64,000 bases of DNA. Origin: Octopus vulgaris. Taxonomy: Eukaryota. The notes below the pieces were generated by a model, which saw only the letters and a program-made list of their open reading frames with translations, was not told the DNA's origin and made no database searches. The position numbers were made by a program, and so were the translations under genes. Shown here one piece after another: positions 25,696 through 39,059 of this stretch; positions within the stretch are counted from its first letter, which is position 1; each line of letters begins with the position of its first letter. The DNA is taken from contig OX597835.1 in the NCBI GenBank assembly GCA_951406725.2, positions 37,634,001 to 37,698,000 on the forward strand, read 5' to 3'.

Positions 25696-25786
25696 CCTAC
25701 GCTGATGAGAAAGAAGTTTGGGTAAGGTAGAATTATCTAATTCTTATGCTTTCCTAAAACTTGATTTCGAAACGTACGTCCGTAGG
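25696..25786 (+). ncRNA. Type I hammerhead ribozyme, canonical core
   Basis: Stem I CCTACG/CGTAGG; CTGATGA 25702-25708; ~60 nt stem II (GAAA/TTTC, AAGTTT/AAACTT, AGAATTA/TAATTCT); GAAA 25769-25772; stem III palindrome ACGTACGT; GUC cleavage triplet 25778-25780. Confidence 0.85.
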
Positions 25787-25947
25787 TGACTTAAAATTGT
25801 ATGATAGATTGCCGTCATTTCATTCTCTCTTACTTGTCTGTGTTTGTATCTCCCTTTTAGTAGAAAGAATAGCTATAACTCTTTGACTGCTATTTCTAAA
25901 TTTGGTGTGTGGTGAGGCAATTCGTTGCTAAACCCTTAATTGCTTAG

Positions 25948-25996
<49 letters not shown>

Positions 25997-26689
25997 ATAC
26001 ACACAGACATGCACACACACACAACACACACATATATATATATTCGAGTGAATGGACAAATTTATTGTGAGTTATATGTAGCTTCAAAACAGTTTTATTC
26101 AAATTAGTTGGTACTCTTGAGTTTCTGCCTGCCAAATTCCCCCACGTTTTTGATTGGTCCAAGTTTATAGTAGAAAACACTTGCCCAAGGTGTTTCATAG
26201 AGTGACAGACGCCCAATCTTCATGTTTCTAACCCTTCCTCTTTTCTTAGTACAACAGTTGATATTTCAAAACAATTTTTAGTTAGAAAAGCTCCCTACCT
26301 CATTATATGCATGGTAAATATAATGATAATTCTGAGTTGAAGTTTTGATGGTGTATTATAAATTCAGTAATTATTTCTCTAGTTTTCTTGTCTAGTCACG
26401 CACGTTCATTTTGCACCAGTGAAGTCTTGCTAATTCACTAATTCCGGTTAGTTCCATTGAGAATATTATAACTATGACTTATTACTAGAAACTGATAGAA
26501 TATCAATGCATGTTAACTTATTTCCTGTATTTAGATCTGTTTTAAGTATTAATCCCACATGTCTATAATATTCTTTCTCATCTTGTCTTTCAGTTGCATG
26601 CATATGTATGTGTGTGCATGTGTTTGTATACATGTGCATGTGTGTGTGTGTGTGTGTGCAAGCATATGTGTGTGGTGTATGCAGTTAAT

Positions 26690-26790
26690 TCATTGATTTC
26701 CAAGAATTTGTAAGCCTGTGTCGGAACTAACTCTCTTATCTCGGTTTCTTTATCGAACAAGACATGAGCGTTCTTAATTTTCCTCTCATC
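26690..26790 (-). mobile_element. R4/Dong-like RT fragment
   Basis: EIRELVPTQAYKFLEINE resembles the I.EL....YKYLGI region. Confidence 0.4.
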
Positions 26791-28014
26791 AAGGTTGTGT
26801 TGGCGCAGTCTGCTAATCCAAATCTCCAAGCAATTCCTCTAAGTAAATCCGTTTGCTGTCTGTTGCTGTTTATCATCATCTTCAACATACAACTTGAGAT
26901 GACGGTTGATATATAGCTGAAACGAGTCTACTGCAGCATCCAGTTAAATGTGTTAGCGCCAAATAGAAAAGATGGTGGTAGATTTTTTTTTTTTTAGTTA
27001 TTCTACCATTTTCCTGTGTCTGTTGAATAGCTTCCTAGTTAATCATGATATGTCTAATATATCTGCATATTACTGGTGTGTATGGAAGCAGGTGAGGTTA
27101 TCTGGTAAGAAATTTGCTTTCCAACTCTGTGATCTTGGGTTCAGTCCCACTGTGTGGCACCAAAATTGGGTAAGTGTCTTCTACTATAGCCATGAACTGA
27201 CCAAAGTCTTGTGAATGGATTTGGTTGCAGAAACTGAAAGAAGCCCATCATATAATGCATATATATATATATATATATATATGTACATGAAAATATGTAT
27301 GTGTGTCTGTGTGTCTGTGTATTTTTGTGAATGTGTGTGTTTGTATGTGTTTTTGCATATGTGTGTATGTCTGTGTGTGTGTGCCTGTGTGTTTGTGTTT
27401 GTGTGCGTGTTTGTATAATAATGAAAAAAAAAATAATAGTGAAATTATTGTATACAGTGCTCAGGTGCACCACAACTTGTCAGAAAGTGCATATAAAGTA
27501 TATGCAGTAATGTACAAATGTCTGGAAAGCAAACAATGTATGAGTCAGATACATGCTTGTGTGTGTATGGAGGGAAGGAAATCAGGTGTAGTGTTGGCGA
27601 ATCTCAGAAAGCATGAAAGTTTTGAAGGATGCAGTGCTCCGACAACTAACAACTGATGCCGGCAGTTTGTTCCATGCTTCACCAACTCTCAGTGTGAAAA
27701 ATTATATATATATAATATATATATAGCGTATATACATGCGTATATATATAATTATATTATATATATATGCTATGAAGTCGATCAACATGTGTGTCTTTGT
27801 GTGTTACTGCCTCCTTGCCTTGACTTCATGTGGTAGTTGTAAATGAACCTCATCGTCATGCAAGCAGTGTCCTTTCTTTTCTAATCTTCCATGAAAACAT
27901 GTTTTGGTCATTGGGAAATATCATTACCTCACTTGAAAACAGATGAAGGTTGGTGGCAGGAAAGGCACCAAACCATAGAAAATTTGCCTCGACAAATTCT
28001 GTCTGACTTCTGCA

Positions 28015-28235
28015 AAAAAAGCACCATCCGATCATGGCCGTTTGCCAGCCTCATCTGGCACATAAAAGCACCCACTACACTCACAGAGTAGTTGGTGCTA
28101 GGAAGGGCATCAAGCCGTAGAAACATTGCCAGATCAGACTGGGCCTGGTGCAGCCTTCTGGTTTCCCAGACCCCAGTTGAACCGTTCAACCCATGCTAGG
28201 ATGGAAAGCGGACGCCAAACAATGATGATGATGAT
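28015..28235 (+). mobile_element. Family C element
   Basis: Body and (GAT)n tail. Confidence 0.7.
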
Positions 28236-28359
28236 GAATGATTAAGGGAAGTACTACATGAGTACCGAGACCAATTTAGTTAATTAGCCCCTTCCACAAG
28301 CATTTCAAGCCTTGTACCCAGAGTAGAAAAGATTATTATTATTATTATTATTATTATTA

Positions 28360-28521
28360 GGTGCAGGAGTGGCTGTGTGGTAAGTAGCTTGCTTACAATC
28401 CACATGGTCCTGGGTTCAGTCCCACTGCGTGGCACCTTGGATAAATGTCTTCTACTATAGCCTCGGGCCAACCAAAGCCTTGTGAGTGGATTTGGTAGGC
28501 GGAAACTGGAAGAAGCCTGTC

Positions 28522-28567
<46 letters not shown>

Positions 28568-28793
28568 GTATATGTGTGTATATGTTTGTGTGTCTGTTTG
28601 TCCGCCCAGCATTGTTTGACAACCGATACTAGTGTGTTCACATCCCCGAAACTTAGTGGTCCGGCAAAAGAGACTGATAGAATAAGTACTAGGCTTACAA
28701 AGAATAAGCTCTGGGGTCGATTTGCTCAACTATAAAGGGGGCGCTCCAGTGTGGCTACAGTCAAATGACTGGAACAAGTAAAAGAGTAAAAGA
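28360..28793 (+). mobile_element. SINE family A within a (TTA)n tract
   Basis: Full-length copy with (TTA)n on both sides. Confidence 0.85.
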
Positions 28794-28859
28794 GATAATT
28801 ATTATTATTATTATTATTTTTATGATTATCATCATCATCACAAATTCGAAAACCATTTT

Positions 28860-29200
28860 CGATCAAAATAAAAATCAAATGGAAATTGCAGTTAAGACAC
28901 CTGTGCCGGTGACATGTAAAAAGCACCGTCTGAACGTGGCAGATGCCAGCGCCGCCTGACTGGCATCCGTGTCGGTGACACGTAAAAGCACCAACCAATC
29001 GTGGCCACTTGCCAGCCTCCCCTGGCTCCTGTGCCGGTGGCACGTAAAAAGCACCCACTACACTCACGGAGTGGTTGGCATTAGGAAGGGCATCCAGCTG
29101 TAGAAACACTGCCAGGTCAGACTGGAGCCTGGTGCAGCCTCCTGGCTTTCCAGACCCTGGTCGAACCGTCCAACCCATGCTAGCATGATGATGATGATGA
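28860..29200 (+). mobile_element. Family C element, longer 5' version
   Basis: Three GTGCCGGTGGCACGTAAAAAGCACC-type modules, (GAT)n tail. Confidence 0.7.
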
Positions 29201-29357
29201 TTACTTTCTCTCCCTACATCTCCTCTCATACCGTATTTCAGTTTCATTTTGCTCTTTATTAGAATAACTCTCCTTTTTTTTTAAAAAAAAAAAAGCTAAA
29301 ACCCTACTTCAGAAACTGGTTCACCCAATTCCCCTCTACTTCTTGCCTTAGGCCTCA

Positions 29358-29570
<213 letters not shown>

Positions 29571-30098
29571 TCTGCTTTCATTTCTCCATTTACATGTGCA
29601 AATTATGTGTACGCATGCAGGTGCATTAATGTGCACATACATATGCATTAAAAACTATGATTAGTACAGATGGTAGTGCTGGTGTTGGTGGCGTTGGTGG
29701 TGTAGGTGGCGGTGGAGGATACGCAGGCGATGTTGTTGTTGTTGTTTAACCCCAGGTTAGCTTTGATTGAGCAGATTTATGATCAAAAGTGTTCTAAGCC
29801 ATGACAATCCTCTATTTATGTGTATATACGTATGCAAACAAGCGCTTACCTATGCATATATATATATATATATACACACATATATACATGATATATATAG
29901 AGATATATAGATACATATATATGTGCGTGTATATATATATATATATAGATATATACATACATACATACATACACATATATATCTATACACACACATATAC
30001 ATGATATGTAGATAGATAATTAATAGCAACAGAGGCAGTATTAAAACCAGAAGATAATATATTCCAATTATAGTAAAAATATACATATATATGCATAC

Positions 30099-30141
<43 letters not shown>

Positions 30142-30190
30142 TAACCCATGCTAGCATGGAAAGCGGACGTTAAAAGATGATGATGCATAT

Positions 30191-30246
<56 letters not shown>

Positions 30247-31175
30247 ATGTGTATGTGTGTGTATATAGATTTGTCAACTAAATGTGGCAGTCCTGTAGAG
30301 GATGGTGCTACTGTTGTTTTCCGCTCCATATATAGGATTAACATTTCTCAATATGACCTTCATTTCATTTTATGAGATGACATTAATTTAAGGGACATGG
30401 TTGCTGCAACTACACACATATACAGACATATATATACAGTTATATATATATATATATATACATATATATGCATGTAGATAGGTGTATACATACATGTATG
30501 TGTATGTATGTATATGAATATGTATATATATGTATATATATATACACACACACACACATACTATATACATAAACATGCATACATTCATGCATAAATACAT
30601 ATGTATACCTGTATGCATATACATAATTTTCCTGGTGGGGGAAGTCGTATGATGAAGTGGCAGGCATCAAATGTTGGTGGTAATGGTGGTAGCGGTGTGG
30701 CATAGCAGAGTGGTGGTGGTGGTGGTGGTGGTGGTGGATGGGAAACAGAAGAAAGAAAGGATGTTTTTAATCCTTTAAAATTGCCATAATTTAATGACAG
30801 TCAAAAAAAAAAAGGATGACTTTGCTGAAAACTCTTGGAAGCAAAACAAGGCATCAAGAGCTGAGTGAAAGTTCTTTGAGAGATTTGGAGTGGGTTTCTG
30901 GCATTTAAAAAAAAAATGTTCTTTGATTGTTGTTGTTGTTGTTGTTGTTGTTGCTTTTTAACTTCTTCAGTTTTATGTTTTTGTGTCGTTTCTTTCTCTT
31001 CTTCTCTCATTCTTCTTTTTTTTCCCTTCTCCAACCCTTTCTCTTTCTAGCCTCAATTTTTGTTCAATTGTACACCCACACAAATGCACTTGCATACATC
31101 ACACACTAGCATACACTCACACACGCACACACACACACACACATGTGCCCACAAGAATACAAGCACACTTGTATG

Positions 31176-31221
<46 letters not shown>

Positions 31222-31274
31222 GTGTGTATGTGCATATACACATACATATCTATCTTTCTATCTATCTATCTATC

Positions 31275-31305
<31 letters not shown>

Positions 31306-31483
31306 CTATATATATATATATATATATGATGAAATATATGCATAAATATATATACCATACATATACATACACACATATACATACATACATACATACATAC
31401 ATACATACATACATACATGTATGCATGCATTCATCTGTCCACCTATACATACATGCATATATGCATGCACACACACTTATGCA

Positions 31484-31527
<44 letters not shown>

Positions 31528-31910
31528 AACAGATGTATTTATATATATATATAGAGAGAGAGAGATAGATAGATATATATATACACACACACACGTATGT
31601 ACACACATATATATATATATATACATGCATACATACACATATACACAAATATATACACACACTTATACACTATGCTAAACTGAAACTTGATTCCAAACCT
31701 AAATATTCTCGTGTAAGGGATCTTAATTTTCACCCTTTTAAGCAATAATGAATTCACGTAATCACAGAGGGCGCTGCTATGCGATGTTACGCTGCCGATT
31801 GCACGCTTCTTGTCTTTTATTTGTTTTTAAATTTGTATGTTGTTTTTTTTATATTTTTCTTGGCTGTTATCCTAAATTTTTTTTGCTAAATTTTCTTCAT
31901 TACTAAGGCT

Positions 31911-32416
31911 ACCATCATCATCACCTTCCCCACCATCACAGCCACCACCACCAACACCATCACCACCACCATCATCACCATTATCTCTATCATCATCACC
32001 ATCATCATCATCATCTCAACCATCATCATCATCATCATCTCAACCATCATCATCATCATCATCAACCATCATCATCATCATCTTCATCATCATCGTCATC
32101 ATCATCGTCATCATCATCATCATCATCATCATCACCACCACCACCATCATCATTATCTCTATCATCACCATCATCATCATCATCATCATCATCATCTCTA
32201 TCATCATCATCATCGTCATCATCATCGTTATCATCATCATCATCACCACCACCACCATCGTCCTCATTATTACTAATACCTTCATCCGAATCACAACCAA
32301 CTCTGCTACACTCTCCAACCCCACCCCCGCTCCTCACCCATCCAGTGGAAATGTATTTGAATTTCTGTTTCCGAAATGAATTTATATGGCAATGTAGTAA
32401 TTATAGAAAATATGTT

Positions 32417-32473
<57 letters not shown>

Positions 32474-32609
32474 CACCACCACCACCACTACTACTACTAC
32501 TACCACCACCACCACCACCACCACCACCACCACCACCACCACTACTACTACTACTACCACCACCACCACCACCACCACCACCACCACCACCACCACCACC
32601 ACCACCACC

Positions 32610-32665
<56 letters not shown>

Positions 32666-32678
32666 CACTACCACTACC

Positions 32679-32746
<68 letters not shown>
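31911..32746. repeat. (CAT/CAC)n and (TAC/CAC)n trinucleotide arrays
   Basis: Directly visible at 31911-32260 and 32417-32746. Confidence 0.95.
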
Positions 32747-33232
32747 AGGTGTTAGACAGGTGGAGTTTGTGTTTGTGTACTTGTGTATTTTGCACGAAGG
32801 GTGTAAAATGAATGTCACTATCATACAAATAGTTTCGTTTGTTTCTAGTCATTTGTGAAAACATGTCCGGCGTTGGAGAAATGTTACCTTGCTTGGAAAT
32901 GGTTGAAGGGTCGGTGACAGGAAGGGCATCTGGCACCAGAAAATCTGCTTCAGCAAATTCGCTCTGACCTATGCAAGCATGGAAAAGTGGATGTTCAATG
33001 ATGATGATGATATATACAGACAGGCAGGCAGATGAATGGACAAATGGTTGGATGGATGGATGGATGGATGGATGGATGGATGGACAAATACGTAGATGGA
33101 TAGATAGACAGACGCATAGTTAGGCAGATAAATAGATAGGTAGATAGACAAACAGAGACAGACGGACAGACAGACCGACTAACAGATAAACAGACAGACA
33201 AATAAATATATGTATGAATATATACACATATA

Positions 33233-33648
33233 CTCTTACTCTTTTGCTCTTTTACTTGTTTCAGTCATTTGACTGCAGCCATGCTGGAGCACCGCCTTTT
33301 AGTCGAGCAAATCGACCCCGGGACTTATTCTTTGTAAGCCCAGTACTTATTCTATCGGTCTCTTTTGCCGAACCGCTAAGTGACGGGGACGTAAACACAC
33401 CAGCATCGGTTGTCAAGCAATGCTATGGGGGACAAACACAGGCACACAAACATATACACACACACATATATATATACATATATACGACAGGCTTCTTTCA
33501 GTTTCCGTCTACCAAATCCACTCACAAGGCATTGGTCGGCCCAGGGCTATAGCAGAAGACACTTGCCCAAGATGCCACGCAGTGGGATTGAACCCGGAAC
33601 CATGTGGTTGGTAAACAAGCTACTTACCACACAGCCACTCCTGCGCCT
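33233..33648 (-). mobile_element. SINE family A
   Basis: Full-length reverse-complement copy. Confidence 0.85.
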
Positions 33649-33666
33649 ATGTGTATATATATATAT

Positions 33667-33711
<45 letters not shown>

Positions 33712-33730
33712 TACAGATAAATAGATATAC

Positions 33731-33797
<67 letters not shown>

Positions 33798-34352
33798 AAA
33801 ATAGACAGATATTGTGTATGCACACACAATGAATAAAAACATTAAAAGCCGGTGTGATTTGTTGATTTGTGAGTTCAAATTCAGCCTTGATTACAAACTG
33901 ATATTCCTGTCCACAAATCACCTGATGAGGAACAGGCACTTTACCATAAAAGACAGAAAAACCAAACATACTCTCCACTCCACTTGCTTCCTCCTTTTAA
34001 AAATGGTTTTTCAAGGCATTAATAAATGCAGTACCATGCACAAGCATGTCGTTCTGTTTCAAAGACTATAATTTACAGATGCAATAAGAGTTCTTTTATT
34101 TTGGCTTACCATTCCAACAGAATCTCGTGCTCTCAATTATTTGTTCTTTTTTTTTTTATTCATTTTCAATTTTTTTTTTTTTTGTGTAGATTTTTTCTTC
34201 TAAAATATTTTTCCTTGTATTTCTTCTTTTATTCTTTTACTTGTTTCAGTCATTTGACTACTGCCATGCTGGAGCACCGCCTTAAAGGGTTTCTTTTTTT
34301 AGTTGAAGAAATCAACCACAGGACTTATTCTTTGTAAGCCTGGTATATCATT

Positions 34353-34577
34353 GGCGAACTGGCAGAAACGTTAGCACGTCGGGCGAAATGCGTAGCCATA
34401 TTTCGTCTGCCGTTACGTTCTGAGTTCAAATTCCGCCGAGGTCGACTTTGCCTTTCATCCTTTCGGGGTCGATAAATTAAGTACCAGTTACGCACTGGGT
34501 CGATGTAATCGACTTAATACCTGTCTGTCCTTGTTTGTCCCCTCTGTGTTTAGCCCCTTGTGGGTAATAAAGAAATA
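34353..34577 (+). mobile_element. SINE B inserted into a minus-strand SINE A (34230-34790)
   Basis: TSD-like GGTATATCATT (34342-34352) / GGTATTTCATT (34578-34588). Confidence 0.75.
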
Positions 34578-35004
34578 GGTATTTCATTGGTCTCTTTTGC
34601 TAAACCACTAAGTTACGGGGATGTAAACTCACCAATATCGGTTGTCAAGCGATGCTGGTGGGGACAAACATAGACAGAAGCACACGCACACACACACACA
34701 CATGATGGCTTTCTTTTGGTTTCCGTCTACCAAATCCACTCACAAGAACCATGCGACTGGGAAGCAAGCTTCTTACCACAAAGCTACACCTATTTTCAAT
34801 TTATCTTTTACCTGTTTCATCCACTAGACTGCGGTCATGCTGGGGCAATGCCTTGAATGGTTTTTGTCAGATAAATTTACTCCAGTACTGATTTTTTAAA
34901 ATTTAATTTTCTTGTCAGATTCATCTATTTTGCCCCACTGCTATGTTATGGGGATATAAACAAACCAACACCGATTGTGTTGTGAAGCAGTAAGGTGTTG
35001 GATA

Positions 35005-36355
35005 CAAACATATGTACACACGTACATACACACACACAGACACATATGTACACACGTACATACACACACACAGACACATATGTACACACGTACGCACACA
35101 CACAGACACATATGTACACACATACACACACACACAGACACATATGTACACACGTACACACACACACACACAGACACATATGTACACAGGTACATACACA
35201 CACACAGACACATATGTACACACGTACACACACACACACACAGACACATATGTACACACGTACATACACACACACAGACACATATGTACACACGTACGCA
35301 CACACACAGACACATATGTACACACATACACACATACACAGACACATATATACACACATACACACATACACAGACACATATGTACACACATACACACACA
35401 CACAGACACATATGTACACACGTACATACACACACACAGACACATATGTACACACGTACATACACATACACATACACATATGTACACACGTACATACACA
35501 TACACATACACATATGTACACACATACATACACACACACAGACACATATGTACACACATACATACACACACAGACACATATGTACACACATACATACACA
35601 CACACAGACACATATGTACACACACACATATGTACACACGTACATACACACACACAGACACATATGTACACACGTACATACACACACACACAGACACATA
35701 TGTACACACATACACATACACACACACAGACACATATGTACACACGTACATACACACAGACACATATGTACACACGTACATACACATATGTACACACGTA
35801 CATACACACACACAAACACATATGTACACCCGTACATACACACACACAGACACATATGTACACACGTACGCACACACACAGACACATATGTACACACATA
35901 CACACATACACAGACACATATGTACACACGTACATACACACACACAGACACATATGTACACACGTACATACACACACACAGACACATATGTACACACGTA
36001 CATACACACACACAAACACATATGTACACACATACATACACACACACAGACACATATGTACACACGTACATACACACACACAGACACATATGTACACACG
36101 TACATACACACACACAGACATATATGTACACACATACATACACACACACAGACACATATGCACACACGTACATACACATACACAGACACATATGTACACA
36201 CATACATACACACACACAGACACATATGTACACACGTACATACACACACACAGACACATATGTACACACGTACACACACACACAGACACATATGTACACA
36301 CATACATACACACACACAGACACATATGTACACACATACACACAAACACACAGAC
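35005..36355. repeat. ~34 bp minisatellite, roughly 40 units
   Basis: Unit CACATATGTACACACGTACATACACACACACAGA with variants. Confidence 0.95.
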
Positions 36356-36661
36356 ATGCATGACACATGCATCTGAGTATTTTCTGTCTACCAAATCAAC
36401 CAAAGACTATTATTGTAGAAAACATTTCCCCAAGATGTCACACAGTGAGACTGAACCTGAAACCATGTAGTTGAGAGGATTTTGCATGTTATATTTACAT
36501 AGGCATAAGTGTGGATGTGTGGTAAGAAGCTAGCTTCTCAACAACATGGTTCCAGGTTCAGTCCCATTGCATGGCATCTTAGGTAAGTGTCTTCTGCTAT
36601 AGCCTCAGGCCAACTAAACCCTTGTGAGTGGATTTGGAAGACTGAAACTGAAAGAAGCCTG

Positions 36662-36729
<68 letters not shown>

Positions 36730-36745
36730 ATCTATCTATCTATCT

Positions 36746-36781
<36 letters not shown>

Positions 36782-36876
36782 TCAGCAAAATTTAGATTCA
36801 AATGAATATGGTACTTAAGTCAGAGGCACCAGAATTTTGTATGGTATTATCCATATAAATCCATGGGATGATTATG

Positions 36877-37024
36877 ATCAAAATAAGCAACAAGTATATC
36901 TTTGGTAATTTGGTACGATCGTTTCATGCTACTTCTGATGAAATACTTACAATGTTTAATAAAATGAAGTAGCATAAAACGATCGTACCAAATTACCGAA
37001 GATATACTTGTTGCTTATTTTGAT
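36877..37024. repeat. Fold-back element with a hammerhead remnant at the axis
   Basis: ~58 bp arms; CTGATGA at 36935-36941; arms carry (G/A)AAAC-GATC-GTA. Confidence 0.6.
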
Positions 37025-37038
37025 TATATATATATATG

Positions 37039-37520
37039 TGACCACTGGCCAAAATCCGCCTTTTGGCCTCTGACCAGCGCCGTGACAACATCGTTGTCTT
37101 TGTCTGCCGTTAAGGCATTTTTTCCAAAATACGCCAGCCAAACCTGTTTGTACTGTTATTAGTCGTAAGACACCTGCTGTTTTTACCATTATTGCTTTTG
37201 TTTTCATGTTTTTGTATTTCATTATTGTTTTTTGCTTTTTATATTCGTGTGGCACCGTCCGTTTTGCTGTCCCGGTGTTCGTATGCATTCGATCCTTCTT
37301 CCAGGAAATCTACGCTCCTAGCTTAGTTTTTCTAATGCTCGTTGCTCAGTTTTTTCTGGAGGGCTGGCCGGATCTAGTAATCTCAAGATTAATCAGCCAA
37401 AATTACTACGATGATCCGGTTCTTGACTGAAGACTGAGGGCTTCGAATGTCCTGTCCGTGTTTGTTGTATCGTCTCCTAAGTGTTATGCGTTCTTGTCCA
37501 TGTTTGTATTTTTCTACATA
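37039..37520. mobile_element. GC- and CpG-rich ~480 bp insertion in (TA)n, unclassified
   Basis: Sharp composition change between TA tracts; no recognisable ORF. Confidence 0.4.
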
Positions 37521-37522
37521 TC

Positions 37523-37567
<45 letters not shown>

Positions 37568-38202
37568 TATATACATATGTATATATTTGTGTGTGTGTTT
37601 GTGTTTGTTACTCCCCCATCACTTGATAACTGATGTTGGTGTGTTTACATCTGTGTAACTTAGTGATTCGCCAAAAGAGCTTGATAGAATAAGTACTAGG
37701 TTTACAAAGAATAAGTCCTGAGGTTGATTTCTTTAACTATAACCCTTCAAGGTGGTGCTCCAGCATGGCCACAGTCAGATGAGTGAAACAAATAAAAGAA
37801 TAAAGATTTTCCTTAATTAGATTTCTTGTTTAGTTTTTTTTTGCTTAAATTTTTCAGATCTTTCAACGTGTTTTCACTTTCTAAAATTTTCTATGTCTTT
37901 TTGTTAAATTTCATAAATCATAAAAAAAAATTGCTTGGTTGTGTGGTCAAGAGGCTTGCTTTGCAACCACATTGTTTCAGTCTCAGTCCCACTGCAAGGC
38001 ACTTGGGATTTGCGTGAATGTATTCCACTATAACCATGGGCTGATCAATGCCTTGTCCGTGAATTTGGTAGACAGAAACTGGGTGGAAACATATCTTATA
38101 TATCTCTCTTGCTCTGTCTTGTTGTTGCTGCTGTTGTTGTTGTTGTTATTGTTGTTCACTCTCCCTCCACCCTCTCTCTTTGTATGTATATCTATCTATC
38201 TG

Positions 38203-38242
<40 letters not shown>

Positions 38243-38360
38243 CCTATATATATATAAATTTATATATTGTTATATTTTGGGATGGTCATTTTCTTTATAT
38301 CTGTTTCAACACATGATTTCACATCAGGAATTTTGCAAAACAAGTACATTAACATGTGTG

Positions 38361-38448
<88 letters not shown>

Positions 38449-38524
38449 CATATACATATATATACATATACATGTATACATATATATATATACATACACA
38501 CACATGTATGTATATTTGTATCTA

Positions 38525-38566
<42 letters not shown>

Positions 38567-38705
38567 TATGCATACATATTTATATATGTATATATATATA
38601 TACACATATATATACATACATATTAATATATGTATACATATATATACACACACACACACACACATGTATGTATATTTGTATGTATGTATGTATGTGTGTG
38701 TGTGT

Positions 38706-38740
<35 letters not shown>

Positions 38741-38837
38741 ATATATATTATGTGGTAAAGCTTCAACATGTAGAAAAGCAGTCAGTCAGTTAAGAGACTA
38801 AATATAATGTTATAACAAAAACCACAAATGCTAAAAA

Positions 38838-38893
38838 ACAGCTACCCAGGGTTTCCTGGTCAAAATAATTAATTTTACCATTTTTCAAGCTGT
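38838..38893 (-). ncRNA. Type I hammerhead motif, U3-A8 variant (left arm of fold-back 38801-39027)
   Basis: ACAGC-TTGAAAA-A-TGGTAAAAT..ATTTTGACCA-g-GAAA-CCCTG-GGTA-GCTGT. Confidence 0.65.
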
Positions 38894-38933
38894 GAACATC
38901 TGCTCAAATGACAACTCACAAATGGTCTTTTTC

Positions 38934-38989
38934 ACAGCTTGAAAAATGGTAAAATAAATTATTTCGATCACGAAACCCTGGGTAGCTGT
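38934..38989 (+). ncRNA. Type I hammerhead motif, U3-A8 variant (right arm)
   Basis: Stem I ACAGC/GCTGT; TTGAAAA 38939-38945; GAAA 38972-38975; stem III ACCC-T-GGGT; GUA triplet 38982-38984. Confidence 0.65.
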
Positions 38990-39059
38990 ATTTGATAAGA
39001 TTTGTGGTTTTTATTATAACATTATATATATATATATGATGATATATACTTTAAAATTT

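Larger units (their letters stand above)
24635..25950. mobile_element. Retrozyme / Penelope pLTR-like array: inverted copy plus partial tandem of a ~585 bp non-coding unit
   Basis: 25052-25393 repeated at 25637-25950; 24635-24972 is the reverse complement of ~25065-25505; each copy carries a hammerhead. Confidence 0.8.

Noticed and set aside
26890-26932. Hammerhead-like GAGATGA..GAAACGAGTC
   Set aside because: Two core mismatches and no stem I
32040-32936. Poly-T/V/H/S/D ORFs (similar ones at 4763-5297, 45492-45990, 52641-53143)
   Set aside because: Trinucleotide microsatellites without splice or homology support
33885-34022. Protein-like frame LQTDIPVHKSPDEEQ...RH*
   Set aside because: In-frame TGA lies between the nearest AG and the frame
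34921-36470. Six overlapping 450-490 aa ORFs
   Set aside because: Translations of a stop-free minisatellite; open in all frames
37425-37460. CTGAAGA...GAATGTCCTGTC as a hammerhead
   Set aside because: GAAT instead of GAAA and no convincing stems I or III
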